From Mustelus asterias (taxonomy: Eukaryota), in contig NC_135804.1 in the NCBI RefSeq assembly GCF_964213995.1, forward strand, positions 58,776,001-58,840,000: a DNA stretch of 64,000 nt, given 5' to 3'. The notes below the pieces were generated by a model. The model made no database searches. It was not told the origin of the DNA and saw nothing but the letters and a program-made list of their open reading frames with translations. This document shows, in pieces, positions 61,901 to 64,000 of this stretch; positions within the stretch are counted from its first letter, which is position 1, and the number at the start of each line of letters is the position of its first letter. Position numbers and translations under genes: made by a program.

Positions 61901-64000
61901 CACTGTGTTTACGTGGTGGGTCCACTTGAGTTTCTGGTCAATGATCACCCCAAGGATGTTGAGAGTGGGGAATTCAGTGATGGTAACACCATTGAATATC
62001 AAGAGGCGGTGGTTAGCGTGTCTTTTATTGGTGATGGTCATTGCTTGGCATTTGTGTGGTACAAACGTTACTTGCCACTTGTCAGCCCAAGCCTGGATAT
62101 TGTCCAGATCTTGTTGCATTTGAACATGGACTGCTTCAGTATCTGAGGAGTCGTGAATGGTGCTGAACATTGTGCAATCATCGGCGAACATTCCGACTTC
62201 TGACCTTATGACGGAAGGAAGGTTATTGATGAAGCAGCTGAAGGTAGTTGGGTCTAGGACACTGCCCTGAAGGACTCCTGCAGAGATGTCCTGGAGCTGA
62301 GATGACTGACCTTCCACAACAACAACCATCTTCCTATCTATCAGGTATGACCCCAACCAGCGGAGAGTTTGCTACTGATACACATTGATTCCAGTTTTGC
62401 CAGGACTCCTTGATGCCACACTCATTTGGATGCGGCCTTGATGTCAAGAGCTGTTACTCTCACTTCACCTCTGGAATTCAGCTCTTTTGTCCATGTACTC
62501 TAGCTAGCGATGCCCAAATCCCATAAATGAATTAAAGGAGGATAACCTCACATTTTTCCACATTATACATTATCTGCCAAATTTTGAACCACTCACTTAA
62601 CCCATTAATGTCCCTTTGCAGACTTTGTGTCCTGCTCAGAACTTGCTTTCCCACCCACTTTTTAGTACCATCAATTAATTTAGCTTGTTGGCTGCATGCA
62701 AATACAATGATTTCTTTTTACTACATTTCCCTACTCTGACCGTATTTGCTCCTGCACTCTTATGTTTGTATGCTCTGCTCCTGTCAAATTGTGGCTATCA
62801 TTACTCATATCTTTAACCTGCCGTCTTGCCTTGTTCTTTCTTTTCAACTCTCAGCACTAGGCACCTTCCTAATACCTCTGGTTATGATATCAAATGTGTT
62901 AACCAAGCAACTGGGCATATAGGAACATCCTATTTTTGGAACAATTTGAATTATGAAAATATTATCAGTTGGAAGAATATTTCACAATAAATACTAATAT
63001 TTATCTTGCCCTTACAAATCATAGAATCCCTACAGTGCACAAAGAGGCCATTCAGCCCATCATGTCTACACTGACTCTCAACATAGCATCTTTCCCAGGC
63101 CCATCCCACACCCTATCCTCATAACCCTACATATTTACCTCACTAATCCCCCTAACCCTACATGTCTTGGGATACCAAGAGGCAATTTAGCATGGCCAAT
63201 TCACCTAACCAGCACATCTTTGGACTGTGGGAGGTAACCGGACAGGGGGAGAATGTGCAAGCTCCACACATTCACCCAAGGTTGGAATTGATCCCAGGTC
63301 CCTGGTGCTATAAGGCAGCAGGGCTCACCACTGTGCCACCCTTAATAATAAAGGCATGTGGGCAAAAAAAGAATTGATGCTAAAACATTATAAATCACTT
63401 GTAAGTCCTCATTGGTGTATCATGCCCCATTCTGGGAACAACATTGTTGGGAGTGTTAGAAAGCAGGGGTAGGTTCAAGTGATCTCAGTCTGTATTGTTG
63501 GATATTAGAAATAAGGTATGGATTTAAGTGAGTTTAATTTAATGTTTCTGTGTAAGAAAGGATAAAACTCCGATTAGATTCTTGTTAAACAAAGGTGCAT
63601 ACATGTATGGGGCGGGGGGGGGGGGGGGGGGGAGGGCGGAGTTGTTGGTTTCATTTTAAACTGTTTCTATTGTACTTAGAGAGTTTACAGCATGAAAAGT
63701 AAGCAAGAGCTTGGAGAAAGATTGAGCTTTTGTTTAGCAACTAGGGACCATCTTTAAGGAAAAAGACCTTGTGTTTTTAATTTAACTGAACCCATGGCAG
63801 ATAGAACTTAGCAGCTAGAGAGACAGCAGCTCACTCAGCTCTGCCAGAAGCAAGACAGTGAAGTAATAGGCAAGAATGCATGTCTCAGAAACTAAAAAAC
63901 AGTTAGTTCTAGAAACCAGAGAATGAAAAGAGAGGTCGCAGGAAACTGAAGTTTTGAGAACAAGACTGAAAGAAACTGAACAATTGTACTATTTATTGAA

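Larger units (their letters stand above)
54737..64000 (+). repeat. Segmental (tandem) duplication, copy B
   Basis: Colinear match to 1-9211 with scattered substitutions and small indels. Confidence 0.97.

Overview
Repeat-rich vertebrate genomic DNA, almost certainly from a shark (elasmobranch). It is dense in HE1/V-SINE-type SINEs, CR1, Rex1/Babar, RTE and Tx1 LINE fragments, Penelope-like elements and solo LTRs. The main content is a six-exon minus-strand gene (17310->4047, 312 aa), reconstructed by hand with phase-compatible GT-AG junctions. It encodes a non-rearranging immunoglobulin-superfamily receptor: leader, V domain with a built-in J-like GxGTxLTV strand, C1-set domain, uncharged transmembrane segment, and a tail with an ITIM plus an ITSM. 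The tail closely resembles the first tyrosine pair of SIRP-alpha. About 14 kb upstream is a decayed V-C1-TM paralogue. The first 9.2 kb of the window is repeated at an offset of about 54.7 kb and carries the last exon of a second receptor copy with a stop-loss. The last two coding exons and 3'UTR of NUDT21 lie between the two copies, and I found no upstream NUDT21 exons. Together this looks like a tandemly expanding cluster of SIRP-like V(J)-C1 inhibitory receptors next to NUDT21. Penelope insertions occur as TSD-bounded inverted repeats at three sizes, and several carry minimal hammerhead ribozyme motifs. All family assignments come from motif recognition; no database search was run.
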